Shown here: piece by piece, positions 55,787-64,000 of the stretch
Position numbering within the stretch: the first letter of the stretch is position 1
How the letters are laid out: each line of letters starts with the position of its first letter
Virus record (IMG/VR): IMGVR_UViG_3300021197_001233
Coordinates: 218-64,217 of that record
Source: a virus
Taxonomy: Duplodnaviria; Caudoviricetes
Strand: one strand, 5' to 3'
DNA length: 64,000 bases
The notes under the pieces: model-generated
The model's database searches: none
Seen by the model: the letters and a program-made list of their open reading frames with translations, nothing else
Told to the model about the DNA's origin: nothing
Position numbers and translations under genes: made by a program

Positions 55787-55997
55787 CAAAATCCTCCCTG
55801 TATTCCGAGGCAGCCGTCCTGATCGTGTCGATCTCATGATTCACCCACTCACGAAAGTCTTTGATAAGACTCTCTATACCCTCTTGGTTGTGAGTCGGTA
55901 CCCCATCATCATGTATGCTCTCATAGAGATGAGTAGCTGCCTGATGAATGCGATCGCAAGAACCATGTATCAATCTACTCAGCTCAAATATCTCCAT
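55773..55997 (-). CDS. hypothetical protein
   Basis: 74-aa ORF in operon. Confidence 0.6.
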   Translation of the reverse strand: MEIFELSRLIHGSCDRIHQAATHLYESIHDDGVPTHNQEGIESLIKDFREWVNHEIDTIRTAASEYREDFDEQS

Positions 55998-56442
55998 CCT
56001 TGATAGATTTTAAGATTTCCTGTACAGCATGATCCACCTGTCTGCTGTTCTTCGCTAAAAATACTATGTAAGTTGATTGAACACCAACTAAATGACGCAA
56101 AAAAAGCTTCCATCGCATCATAAAGTCATGGTGAGACGGTAGATACCCCTTTGTTTCTATGATCCACTTGTGGTTCTTCCCCACAAAATCAGGGGTATAC
56201 GTAATGGGGAGGACGACAGATCCTGTTCTATCTGCCATGTCCTTCCCCTTTGACGTCATCTTGAAGTACTTGTTCGGGAACCTGAATCGGTCCATCAATT
56301 CGAACTTGTGTTCTTCATAATCAAAATCTAGCCCGTATTCACGTAACTGATCCGCGCAATACTTTTCAATCGAGCTCTTATACCGTCCGAGCTGTTTTTT
56401 TTTGCGTGTACGCTTACGAGGCGTTTTCGTTTGTCGCTTCAC
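55984..56442 (-). CDS. T7 endonuclease I-like Holliday junction resolvase
   Basis: YKSSIE...YE...TYTPDF...IIETKG. Confidence 0.82.
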   Translation of the reverse strand: MKRQTKTPRKRTRKKKQLGRYKSSIEKYCADQLREYGLDFDYEEHKFELMDRFRFPNKYFKMTSKGKDMADRTGSVVLPITYTPDFVGKNHKWIIETKGYLPSHHDFMMRWKLFLRHLVGVQSTYIVFLAKNSRQVDHAVQEILKSIKDGDI

Positions 56443-56451
56443 ATTGGGAAG

Positions 56452-58278
56452 TTACACTGAATTTTCTGAAGAATCAACTCCTGTGGATAAGAAATTCGTG
56501 AAGACAGGCATTGTACCCTTCTCTTCAAACTTAATCGACTCGAACAGAGGGCGTTGTCTTGCCCACGAGAAAAAGCCTGTGTGGGAAAGATTCATGACAA
56601 GCTTGTACGGCTCGTCCAGCGGTGTAGGCCTACCGCCTGTCTCTGTCTCGCGCACCTTTCGTACGTGTAACTCGCTCAGCTTACGGATGTTATGATCTGC
56701 CGATTGAACCTTTCGGTGAATCGTCATGAAGCAATCCGCTCTGTTTACGAACTTTCCACCGCCCTCTGTATCCTCGGCGTACGGGGCAACAGGTAGCCCG
56801 TCAGCACCCTTACGGCGCTGCGCCTCAGTGACAGCGTGCATATTCAACCATACGGCCACGTTGTTGGACTTGCTAAACGTCAAGAACTCCGACGCGGCCT
56901 CGTAGTGGTAGTCGTGTACACCGATGGATGTGTTGCGCATATCCAGCTTGAGGCTGTTGTACGGGTCAATAAATACCGCATCGACCTCTTGCTGTCGCAT
57001 GATCTTCTCCATGAAGACAATGATATCTGAGTAGGAGTACACGCTCTCGTTGCTGATAACCACGAAATGCTCCTGCACCCAGGCGTATGCCTTCTTGCGC
57101 TCGAAGTAGTTCATGTCTGCGACTTTCTTGTCCATAGCGAACTGCATGAGCTGCATCTTTACGGATGCGGTCCTGTTCTCACTGGAGTATATAATCCATT
57201 TCCACCCGTGCCTAATCGAAGCATTGGCGATAAGGTACAGGGCTGTGGTGGTCTTACCCACGTTGGAGTGCCCATTGATGATGACGAACTCCTTCTTGTA
57301 TCGGAAGTATTCGTCGAGGGCGGTGTCCCCTGTGTCAAGGCCAATCTCAATCTTGCCCTGAGAGTAGTCGTCGATCCAGCGGAAGTCCTCGTCGTCGGAC
57401 GACACGAAGGACATGTCCCCGTCGTTGATAAGCATCTCGCGCTTGACGTTCTTCTCTTCATCGATGAGGTCACGTATGGGCATAACCTTACCATTCTCAA
57501 TGCCATCGCGGATCGTAAGCTTAGCCATCTCTGGCGAGTCGATGTCTCTCTTGGAGATCTCCCTGAATAGGATACGTACCGCCTCGTCCTCCTCCATCTT
57601 CCCTGCCCCGATGTATCCGCCGCATAGTCTAGCCGCATCGAAGAGCTTTCTGTGTTTGTCCCCGTCCTCGGCGTTGCGAATCATTCGCGCGGCCAGGTTG
57701 AGCTTCATGTAGTCGGTGTAGTCGTACGCTTCGTTGGTGGGCACCTGAGCCTCGGCTCGCTCTGTGGTGAACGCCCCAAACTTCTTGTTCTCGTCCTTGA
57801 TGATGATGTCTGGGTCATGCGACTCCCAACAGGCTCGTGACTCATTAACACCTGACTCGTCTAGCCCAAGGCCGTGTGTTCTATCGAAGTACTTGATGAG
57901 GGCTCTAAAGTGATCCCTGTGCCGCTCTGGATTGGTGATCTGGACCAGTGCCTTGACCCCCTCTCCGCTAGGCGAAGTCCAGCATGAATGAATGAAATCA
58001 TCCGTTGCAAGGGCCGTCTTGGTCGCGTTAACGTCAACGTGGTCAAAGTCCAAAACAATAAATCCCGAATGCTCGAAGAGCGCGTCATCGGCACGCGACG
58101 AAAACTCCCCGCTGAAACAAACAACGGGGAGCGCCTTTTTCTTCTCTTTGTCACCAGTCCTAACATCAGCTACTAGTGTACTCGACTTCCCATCTCGAAT
58201 CCTCTCCAGAGCTAACTGTAGTGGAATGTGATGAGGTGTTGTCTTGTCGAATACGTCTTTGAATATCGTTACTTGCAT
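56452..58278 (-). CDS. primase-helicase (BT4734/VirE-N-like primase plus SF4-like helicase)
   Basis: KKALPVVCFSG, SGFIVLDFDH, WTSPSGEGVK; GHSNVGKT Walker A; FIDPYN; VRKVR. Confidence 0.85.
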   Translation of the reverse strand: MQVTIFKDVFDKTTPHHIPLQLALERIRDGKSSTLVADVRTGDKEKKKALPVVCFSGEFSSRADDALFEHSGFIVLDFDHVDVNATKTALATDDFIHSCWTSPSGEGVKALVQITNPERHRDHFRALIKYFDRTHGLGLDESGVNESRACWESHDPDIIIKDENKKFGAFTTERAEAQVPTNEAYDYTDYMKLNLAARMIRNAEDGDKHRKLFDAARLCGGYIGAGKMEEDEAVRILFREISKRDIDSPEMAKLTIRDGIENGKVMPIRDLIDEEKNVKREMLINDGDMSFVSSDDEDFRWIDDYSQGKIEIGLDTGDTALDEYFRYKKEFVIINGHSNVGKTTTALYLIANASIRHGWKWIIYSSENRTASVKMQLMQFAMDKKVADMNYFERKKAYAWVQEHFVVISNESVYSYSDIIVFMEKIMRQQEVDAVFIDPYNSLKLDMRNTSIGVHDYHYEAASEFLTFSKSNNVAVWLNMHAVTEAQRRKGADGLPVAPYAEDTEGGGKFVNRADCFMTIHRKVQSADHNIRKLSELHVRKVRETETGGRPTPLDEPYKLVMNLSHTGFFSWARQRPLFESIKFEEKGTMPVFTNFLSTGVDSSENSV

Positions 58279-58531
58279 TGTCTTTGGCAATCATTAAGAG
58301 AATCATGTATCCTGCCAGGTCTTGCAGGGTGTCTTCTGTGTCGTCGATCGGACCTGAGTTCTTGATGCGCTTGAGTTTGTCATCAATTCTTGCTTTGATA
58401 CTTGACACTGCGTTTACCTGCGAGAATATGTTGAGTGGCTCCAAGGCCGCATCCCCATACTTCGCATTCTTTTGAAGCAGTAAGTCCTCTAACTTCTTGC
58501 ACTTCAATTTAATTTTCTGTCTTGTGTTCAT
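58166..58531 (-). CDS. DUF1599/Nmad1-like protein
   Basis: KNAKYGD...RIDDKLKR...EDTLQDLAGY. Confidence 0.75.
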   Translation of the reverse strand: MNTRQKIKLKCKKLEDLLLQKNAKYGDAALEPLNIFSQVNAVSSIKARIDDKLKRIKNSGPIDDTEDTLQDLAGYMILLMIAKDNASNDIQRRIRQDNTSSHSTTVSSGEDSRWEVEYTSS

Positions 58532-58754
58532 CCAAGCTTAAATTAGAGTATGAAATAAATTTCTTTGTAAGTATCTCTCGGATGATAATCTGCTTATCAG
58601 CCTTTGCGTTCTTCCCGTACAGCTCCTCACCTAACCTCTTCATGGTCTTGGTGTCGTGAGCGGAGATCTGGTGTGGAGTATCGAATACAGATACCACCCA
58701 TACGACACGCTCGGTGACCTTCTTTTTCTTTTTGAAGGCCACACGAGCGGTCAT
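58509..58754 (-). CDS. hypothetical protein
   Basis: Likely start MTARVAF at 58754. Confidence 0.55.
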   Translation of the reverse strand: MTARVAFKKKKKVTERVVWVVSVFDTPHQISAHDTKTMKRLGEELYGKNAKADKQIIIREILTKKFISYSNLSLDEHKTEN

Positions 58755-58770
58755 ATAGTATATGGGAGCC

Positions 58771-59067
58771 TTAGAACGGCAGGTCACTTGTTTCAGCCTT
58801 CTGCTTGCGCTCAACACGCTTCTGCTTGGCTGCCTCGCTGTTCGGATCGAACACGCTGCAGCATGGCTTACCATTCTTAGACATGAATAGCTTGAGGTAT
58901 ACGTTACCACCCTGCCCTTCGGCATTTTTAGTGGTGGTGTACTTCTCCAGCATTTCTTTGAGCTCCGTGTCTTTAAGCTTCACGGACCAGCTTGAGAGTT
59001 GTCCCTCGTACATACGAGGCTCTTCGGTGTACCCTACGAGTACGGAATCATAGCTTGTATCGCTCAT
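58771..59067 (-). CDS. probable single-stranded DNA-binding protein
   Basis: Start MSDTSYD; beta-rich core and SDLPF tail; lies next to exonuclease and annealase genes. Confidence 0.65.
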   Translation of the reverse strand: MSDTSYDSVLVGYTEEPRMYEGQLSSWSVKLKDTELKEMLEKYTTTKNAEGQGGNVYLKLFMSKNGKPCCSVFDPNSEAAKQKRVERKQKAETSDLPF

Positions 59068-59139
59068 GATGTAATGAAATTTGAAAAATGAATATGGAAA
59101 TTGTAAAAGACGATGGCCAAGATAGACCATCTAAGTATT

Positions 59140-59901
59140 CTATACTGTAAACTCGGCAAAGAATCTTTCAGTGGGGTTGGGGTCATCTAAGTAGTTTTTA
59201 ATGTTTTCTAACGCTTGGTGGAACTTCATCTCGCCCTTGAACAAAGTCTCATCAGAGCACTTGACGTCGGCGGGATAGAACGGGTACGCTTTCTCCTGCA
59301 CCACCCAGTAGTATTCTTTTAGATCAAATACCTTGCAGTAGATGTACGCCTGGATGTCATAGCAGAAGCTGTTGACGTCATACCTGAACTTGTCGATCGA
59401 TCGTGAGGACTTGGAGTCAACGATGAACTGACCATCTTGTAGGCAGTCGAGGAATCCTTTAAGCGGTACCCCGTCAATGTCTACGTTGAACTCCACCTGA
59501 AACTTACCGCCTGCAAAACGCTTGTCATACAGGCCGCAGTCCTTCAGGCGCTGGATCATCTCTTCTGCCTGCTTCCAATCTTTTTGTCCGACGATTGTTT
59601 TCCCCATGTGCTTTTCCGCTTCTTCCTTTTTCCACTCTCGATAGCGCTTAGTATTACGGGGGAACTTACCACCAATGCTACTGACGATATCCATATCGTC
59701 CAAAACATGATATGTGTCATGTGCTTTCTCTGGTTCAAAAAGGAGCATATCGTACAAGCTCCCAAAGGTTAGTGCTTCTGACTCTTTCTTGAGCTGCCCC
59801 TTCATGTACATCTCCCAAAGACGCATGTCTCCAAGTGCATGCTTGAGTGAGGAGTAAGACAGGTGTGGCTTACCAGTTGCTGCAGTTAATTTATCTCTCA
59901 T
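59140..59901 (-). CDS. PD-(D/E)XK exonuclease (RecE/ExoVIII-like, DUF3799-like)
   Basis: LSYSSLK, FGSLYD, KGFLD, IVDSKS, YDIQAYIY. Confidence 0.82.
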   Translation of the reverse strand: MRDKLTAATGKPHLSYSSLKHALGDMRLWEMYMKGQLKKESEALTFGSLYDMLLFEPEKAHDTYHVLDDMDIVSSIGGKFPRNTKRYREWKKEEAEKHMGKTIVGQKDWKQAEEMIQRLKDCGLYDKRFAGGKFQVEFNVDIDGVPLKGFLDCLQDGQFIVDSKSSRSIDKFRYDVNSFCYDIQAYIYCKVFDLKEYYWVVQEKAYPFYPADVKCSDETLFKGEMKFHQALENIKNYLDDPNPTERFFAEFTV

Positions 59902-60106
59902 TATCTAGGTTGTTCCAGTGTCTTGTGCTTTTAAGAACTTGCCTTGCCCATCCCAAGTCATGCCATTCCATGTGCTTAGACAGAGCCGATCTCGCGTCCT
60001 TGTTAGACCCGAGCTTGCGCCTGTAGTAGTCGTAAAGAATTGCATGCTCGTCTTTTAGGCGCTTGTCTATGGCCTCGTTGAGCTGATGCCTTATGCCTGG
60101 AGTCAT
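59891..60106 (-). CDS. hypothetical protein
   Basis: 71-aa ORF in operon. Confidence 0.6.
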   Translation of the reverse strand: MTPGIRHQLNEAIDKRLKDEHAILYDYYRRKLGSNKDARSALSKHMEWHDLGWARQVLKSTRHWNNLDNER

Positions 60107-60245
60107 GACTTGTTAAGAAATGAATTAAGGCCAAGAATGGTGGGGCACCAGATGCCGACATAGAGTCCAGCCATTTGACTTCCCGTAAACCATAGCGTCA
60201 ACGAGATTGCCATCGACACAAAGGATGCTATTAAAAGTGCGTTTT

Positions 60246-60800
60246 TCATCGTACGAATTTTTTGAGTCCAGCAACCTGCTTCTCAGTGAGCTGGTCACCA
60301 TACTTCTTGGTGATGGCGCTGAAGGCCTTCTGCTTGTCTGTCTGGGACTTGATGTACCCCACCGCCTTGTCCATGATGTTCTCTACTGGCGCATCGAGCG
60401 CCTTGCTAAGCTTTTGAACGTGAGGGTTCTCAATGACGGCTTGCTGTTTGGCAATGGCTTCTTCGACTTCATTAGCTGACGCAATAGACGTGTCGATTCC
60501 GATTGCAAGCATAGCGAGGGCTCGACCAACGGCTGAGGTTTCACAGTTTTCGACATAACTTGTCTTGTTTATGTTGGATGAGCCGCGCTCCTCGTGAGCG
60601 TGACCCGTAGCTACCACTCGCTGAGATTCGTCAGCGATGGTGCATTTGCATACACAGCTCTCTCCGTCGAGGACAGGAAAGTCTGTGGCTATCGTCCAGT
60701 TCATGTAGCGCTCCTCCTGGCGGAAGAACTTGATGCGCTCATTGACCTCAACGTACTGCTTGCCACGGATGTTCGTGGTCTTGAACTTGTAGTTAGACAT
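60246..60800 (-). CDS. Rad52/Sak-like single-strand annealing protein
   Basis: GKQYVEVNERI...ATGHA.E...ENCETSAVGRAL. Confidence 0.75.
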   Translation of the reverse strand: MSNYKFKTTNIRGKQYVEVNERIKFFRQEERYMNWTIATDFPVLDGESCVCKCTIADESQRVVATGHAHEERGSSNINKTSYVENCETSAVGRALAMLAIGIDTSIASANEVEEAIAKQQAVIENPHVQKLSKALDAPVENIMDKAVGYIKSQTDKQKAFSAITKKYGDQLTEKQVAGLKKFVR

Positions 60801-60830
60801 GATGATAGTGAATTGAATTGAATGTGCAAA

Positions 60831-61265
60831 TTAAGCAGAAGGCATTTGATATCCAAGCTCATCCTTGAGCTTTTCCTCCATTTCCATTAACAACTTTATG
60901 CTTTTCTGAACCTCGATTAGCCTGTCATGAGATGTCAGTTTTGTGGATATGGGCTTAATATCCATTTCTTCCGAAAGATCCATGACTATTCTAGTGGCAA
61001 GTGAGTACTTACGTAAATAGTCGGGGGAGTGGAGCATAAGACCGCCATGCTCTTTGCTGTGATGCACAAAGGTTGAGTGGTCTTTATTGAACAGACTGCC
61101 TATTTGTGCAAGCGTGGCGTATGGACGCATGGCGTTGCCAAGAGCGGCCCTGCTCTCCACGAAGTATCTGAGTCGAGAGTTGTCCTCAATGACTTCACCT
61201 GTCTCAGACTCGAATCTAATACGAGTGCCGCGAAGCAGTGTCTCTATTTTTTGTTTTTGACTCAT
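60831..61265 (-). CDS. DnaA domain IV-like HTH protein
   Basis: SR.RYFVESR...TLAQIGSLFNKDHSTFVH matches the DnaA C-terminal signature IG..F.RDHSTV.H. Confidence 0.72.
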   Translation of the reverse strand: MSQKQKIETLLRGTRIRFESETGEVIEDNSRLRYFVESRAALGNAMRPYATLAQIGSLFNKDHSTFVHHSKEHGGLMLHSPDYLRKYSLATRIVMDLSEEMDIKPISTKLTSHDRLIEVQKSIKLLMEMEEKLKDELGYQMPSA

Positions 61266-61681
61266 GTGTGTTCTTTGATGGTTTCTTTGATGAAGTGCTG
61301 TGCAGCGAAGTACTCGCTCAGCACGTCGAACAGCTCAACCACGCGACCAGAGAAGTTGCGAAAGGTTGTTGCATTATCTAGGCGGTTCTCTTGCTCAATG
61401 CCGAGGTTGTCAAGCATGTCCTCCTGCTCAAGCATGGCCTCAATGTCTGACACAATCTCTGAGTTGAGTTCTTCTACCGCCTCCTTGAAGTTGTCAACGA
61501 CAAGGTCAGGGTTCATAAAGGCCCACGCTTCGAGGCCATACTCGCGTATGTCAACGAGGATAATCTTGCGGGCAACCATTGCTGGCCTCACGCTGTCTGG
61601 CAGGTACTCGTCAAGGAAGGAGTTGACCTTCTCTTGAGTTAGTGGTTTGGTAAGGAATCGGAATCCTTCGTCGTTAGTCAT
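61262..61681 (-). CDS. hypothetical protein
   Basis: 139-aa acidic ORF. Confidence 0.65.
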   Translation of the reverse strand: MTNDEGFRFLTKPLTQEKVNSFLDEYLPDSVRPAMVARKIILVDIREYGLEAWAFMNPDLVVDNFKEAVEELNSEIVSDIEAMLEQEDMLDNLGIEQENRLDNATTFRNFSGRVVELFDVLSEYFAAQHFIKETIKEHT

Positions 61682-61812
61682 TGGCTTCGGTATTTTTCTG
61701 TTTCAACAATTTTTTGATTAGTCTCTCCATCTTACGCCTTCGGTGGCGCGGGGATCGTAGCTCGTCGTTGCCGAGAACTTCGGACATCTGCTTAGTCCCC
61801 TGTCTAGTTTTA

Positions 61813-62205
61813 TTACCCATATATCTTGGCTTTTGATGTGGTTAACTTTAAGAATGTCTTGCCGTCTACATTGAAGTCCGTGTCTGTGAACCAGTGCGGA
61901 TTCTTGCGCGGGTTGTACTTGTACTGCGTCAGCGTGTCCTCTCCGACGTCCTTGAACGTAGGGCTCTTGCGGTACTCGATGTCGAGGTTGTCGCAGTCCA
62001 CCCATGCACACACCGTCTTGTTGGCTCCGTCAAATATCTTCCGAGCGGTAGCTACCTGGTTGCCAAGTTTGCAGTTGTACATCTTGATGTTGCACTGCTC
62101 GGGGTCGTAGTAGTCTCGATAGTGGCCGTTCTTCTTGTCCACCACCTGCCAGTGCATGTAGTTCTTACCCTTGGCTAAATGGAATCTTACTCTAAATCTT
62201 TTCAT
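61813..62205 (-). CDS. conserved phage hypothetical protein
   Basis: Start MKRFRVRFHLAKGKNYMHWQV; NKTVCAWV; YNPRKNPHW. Confidence 0.7.
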   Translation of the reverse strand: MKRFRVRFHLAKGKNYMHWQVVDKKNGHYRDYYDPEQCNIKMYNCKLGNQVATARKIFDGANKTVCAWVDCDNLDIEYRKSPTFKDVGEDTLTQYKYNPRKNPHWFTDTDFNVDGKTFLKLTTSKAKIYG

Positions 62206-62342
62206 TTTGTATTCGTAGTCTTTGTTTTGCTTCGTAGTCTCTGACCATGCATTCAAGTATCATGCGGTCTTGTGGGATGCGGTAAAGCTCGTACCTCTGC
62301 ATCATGTTGTCAATGCGACGCTCAAGCTCCTGCATGTATTCG

Positions 62343-62945
62343 TTAGTCAACATTGTATATCATTTTGTAGTGAGTAGGTAGGAATTCGTACTTCCATTCA
62401 TTGTATGTGCTGTATTTACCATCCTTCCCCAGGTATTGCCAAAGGATTCCAGATGAGTGTGGCTTCTTCTTCCACAGGACTATGGATTCGTCGGCCTCTA
62501 ACCATGAGGGCATGTACATGAGTCCCCACTTGTTCATAAAAGACCTCTCTTTTCGGCTGTACATGTTCTTGGTTCTCCTGATGTTAAGTCTGTACACTGG
62601 ATAGTTGAGTAAGTGAATGGTGCATGCCTCTCCGAGATCGAACATGTACTTCCACATGTTCTTGATTTTGCCATTAAGAAACATGCTACGCTTGTGCTTT
62701 GGCAGCTCTTCAATCGCGTTGTTCCTACATATAGTGGCAACTTTTTTCAGAAGCTTAACCCTTTTCTCAAGCACGCGGTGAAGGGAAGAGATTGCCCACT
62801 CCTCCCAACACCCGTCGAGTTTCTGCTCATTATGCCTTCTCTCGTAGAAGCTGTAAAGCTCTCGATACTTTCTGCACTTGATGAGTCGTTCTGATTCGAG
62901 ATACCAATTCAGGTTCTCTCTGTCGATATCGTCTTCGCACATCAT
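62343..62945 (-). CDS. hypothetical protein
   Basis: 200-aa ORF. Confidence 0.6.
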   Translation of the reverse strand: MMCEDDIDRENLNWYLESERLIKCRKYRELYSFYERRHNEQKLDGCWEEWAISSLHRVLEKRVKLLKKVATICRNNAIEELPKHKRSMFLNGKIKNMWKYMFDLGEACTIHLLNYPVYRLNIRRTKNMYSRKERSFMNKWGLMYMPSWLEADESIVLWKKKPHSSGILWQYLGKDGKYSTYNEWKYEFLPTHYKMIYNVD

Positions 62946-63172
62946 TCTGGTAAGCTATCGAAGCTCTTGCTCTCCAAGTTTCTATGCTCTTGCTTGAACT
63001 CTGGACTACTCATCAGTGCCGCACGCTTAAGCTCGTAGTTCAAGAGGTTGGCACACTGACCGACCACCTTGGACACTGCGTTAGCCTGCGCCACGTCGAT
63101 TTCGTACCTATCTAACTTCTCAAGCGTCGTGCAAAGCACGTGAAATAAACTCTTTGCATTTACTGGTTTCAT
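62942..63172 (-). CDS. hypothetical protein
   Basis: 76-aa helical ORF. Confidence 0.65.
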   Translation of the reverse strand: MKPVNAKSLFHVLCTTLEKLDRYEIDVAQANAVSKVVGQCANLLNYELKRAALMSSPEFKQEHRNLESKSFDSLPE

Positions 63173-63275
63173 AGTTTTAACTTATTTAATCTTTTGCTTT
63201 TTTAATAATCTGTAAAGGTGTCTCTCGGTTATGCCGAGTCGCTTGGCCGCAAGGCGTCGGTTACCACAGGCATCC

Positions 63276-63998
63276 TCAAGCGCTAACGCTATCGTCTCCT
63301 TGGTCATCTACTCCGTGGATACGGCATTCGAACTCCTTGTCAGCACACAGGTTCTTGAGTGCGTCAATGGCGCTCTCTTCGGTGTAGTCCCCGCACTTGC
63401 CACGCATCCAGTCGGTATCGACGTGGTCAGATAGGTCGATATACTTGCTGAACGATACCTCGAAGTCTCCGCAGTATTCGTTCTCTTCGATGCTGATGTC
63501 AGCTGCTTCTTCAAGCTCCGTGCATGCCGCCTCTACTCCATGTTGCACACCTTCACGGAAGATGGCGATGGCTACGGCCTTGGGGATGACAGGCATGGAT
63601 TGCTCCTTATTGATGTCCATAATCGAGTAGCGTTCTTTGAGGTCGCTGATGGTGCGCTGAAGCAGTTCTACCTCACCCTCTGCACGTCCACGCGCCTCTT
63701 CGAGGTCGCGGTATGCTTGGCATCCGCATGGTCCGCTTGATGCTTCTTTCTGTTGTACCAACTTGTTGTACTCCTTGGTGTAGAACTCGACATCACGCTT
63801 CAGCCGTTCGTTCTCGTCACGCAAGTACTTGACGTTTTTCTCTAGCATCTCCCGCTCCTCTTGAAGCGCGGCCTCACGACCTGTCTGCTCTTGGTATGTA
63901 GCCATAGATTCGATGGTTTGGTTTGCTGATGATATAGCGTTCTCTGCGTAGCGGATGGCCGCTTCAAGCTCGTTCTTAGATTCTTGTGCTGAATTCAT
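63276..63998 (-). CDS. coiled-coil hypothetical protein (start may lie outside window)
   Basis: 240-aa ORF with long heptad region. Confidence 0.65.
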   Translation of the reverse strand: MNSAQESKNELEAAIRYAENAISSANQTIESMATYQEQTGREAALQEEREMLEKNVKYLRDENERLKRDVEFYTKEYNKLVQQKEASSGPCGCQAYRDLEEARGRAEGEVELLQRTISDLKERYSIMDINKEQSMPVIPKAVAIAIFREGVQHGVEAACTELEEAADISIEENEYCGDFEVSFSKYIDLSDHVDTDWMRGKCGDYTEESAIDALKNLCADKEFECRIHGVDDQGDDSVSA

Positions 63999-64000
63999 GA

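Noticed and set aside
1-64000. CRISPR array or diversity-generating retroelement
   Set aside because: No regularly spaced repeats with unique spacers, no reverse transcriptase, and no template/variable repeat pair differing at adenines were seen.
1-64000. Stop-codon reassignment
   Set aside because: Core genes are intact and densely packed under the standard code; no suppressor tRNA seen.

Overview
This window is most of a tailed dsDNA phage genome. It is podovirus-like, with a gene order resembling crAss-like and marine flavobacterial phages. The host is very probably a marine Bacteroidota: TAnnTTTG (-7) and TTTG (-33) promoters, an AxA-Q signal peptide and flavobacterial-type surface-protein repeats all point that way. 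Layout: (1) 1-3.9 kb, minus strand, small early genes with repeated promoters; (2) about 4.0-4.6 kb, non-coding divergent region; (3) 4.6-55 kb, plus-strand late module with M15 endolysin, GroES-like protein, HNH, two tRNA genes, terminase, portal, scaffold, major capsid, decoration proteins, tail proteins, ejection-type proteins (GH73 lysin; 3001-aa polyvalent protein), holin, DUF2272-like hydrolase and a 4-member paralog array; (4) 55-64 kb, minus-strand replication/recombination module (nucleases, primase-helicase, SSB, exonuclease, annealase, DnaA-domain-IV-like HTH). I recognised no DNA polymerase, RNA polymerase, integrase, reverse transcriptase or CRISPR array. Most notable: an apparent RNA-based control layer in the early region (a CAAACUUCAA leader motif on 7 early genes, a tRNA-like RNA carrying the exact complement in a hairpin loop, a hammerhead ribozyme, DnaA boxes inside promoters); a topologically rearranged tRNA-Ile(UAU); a polyprotein partitioned by ESREGGAFD repeats; and a 44-aa peptide resembling the ribonucleotide-reductase redox tail. 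All assignments come from manual motif recognition; no searches or folding programs were run.
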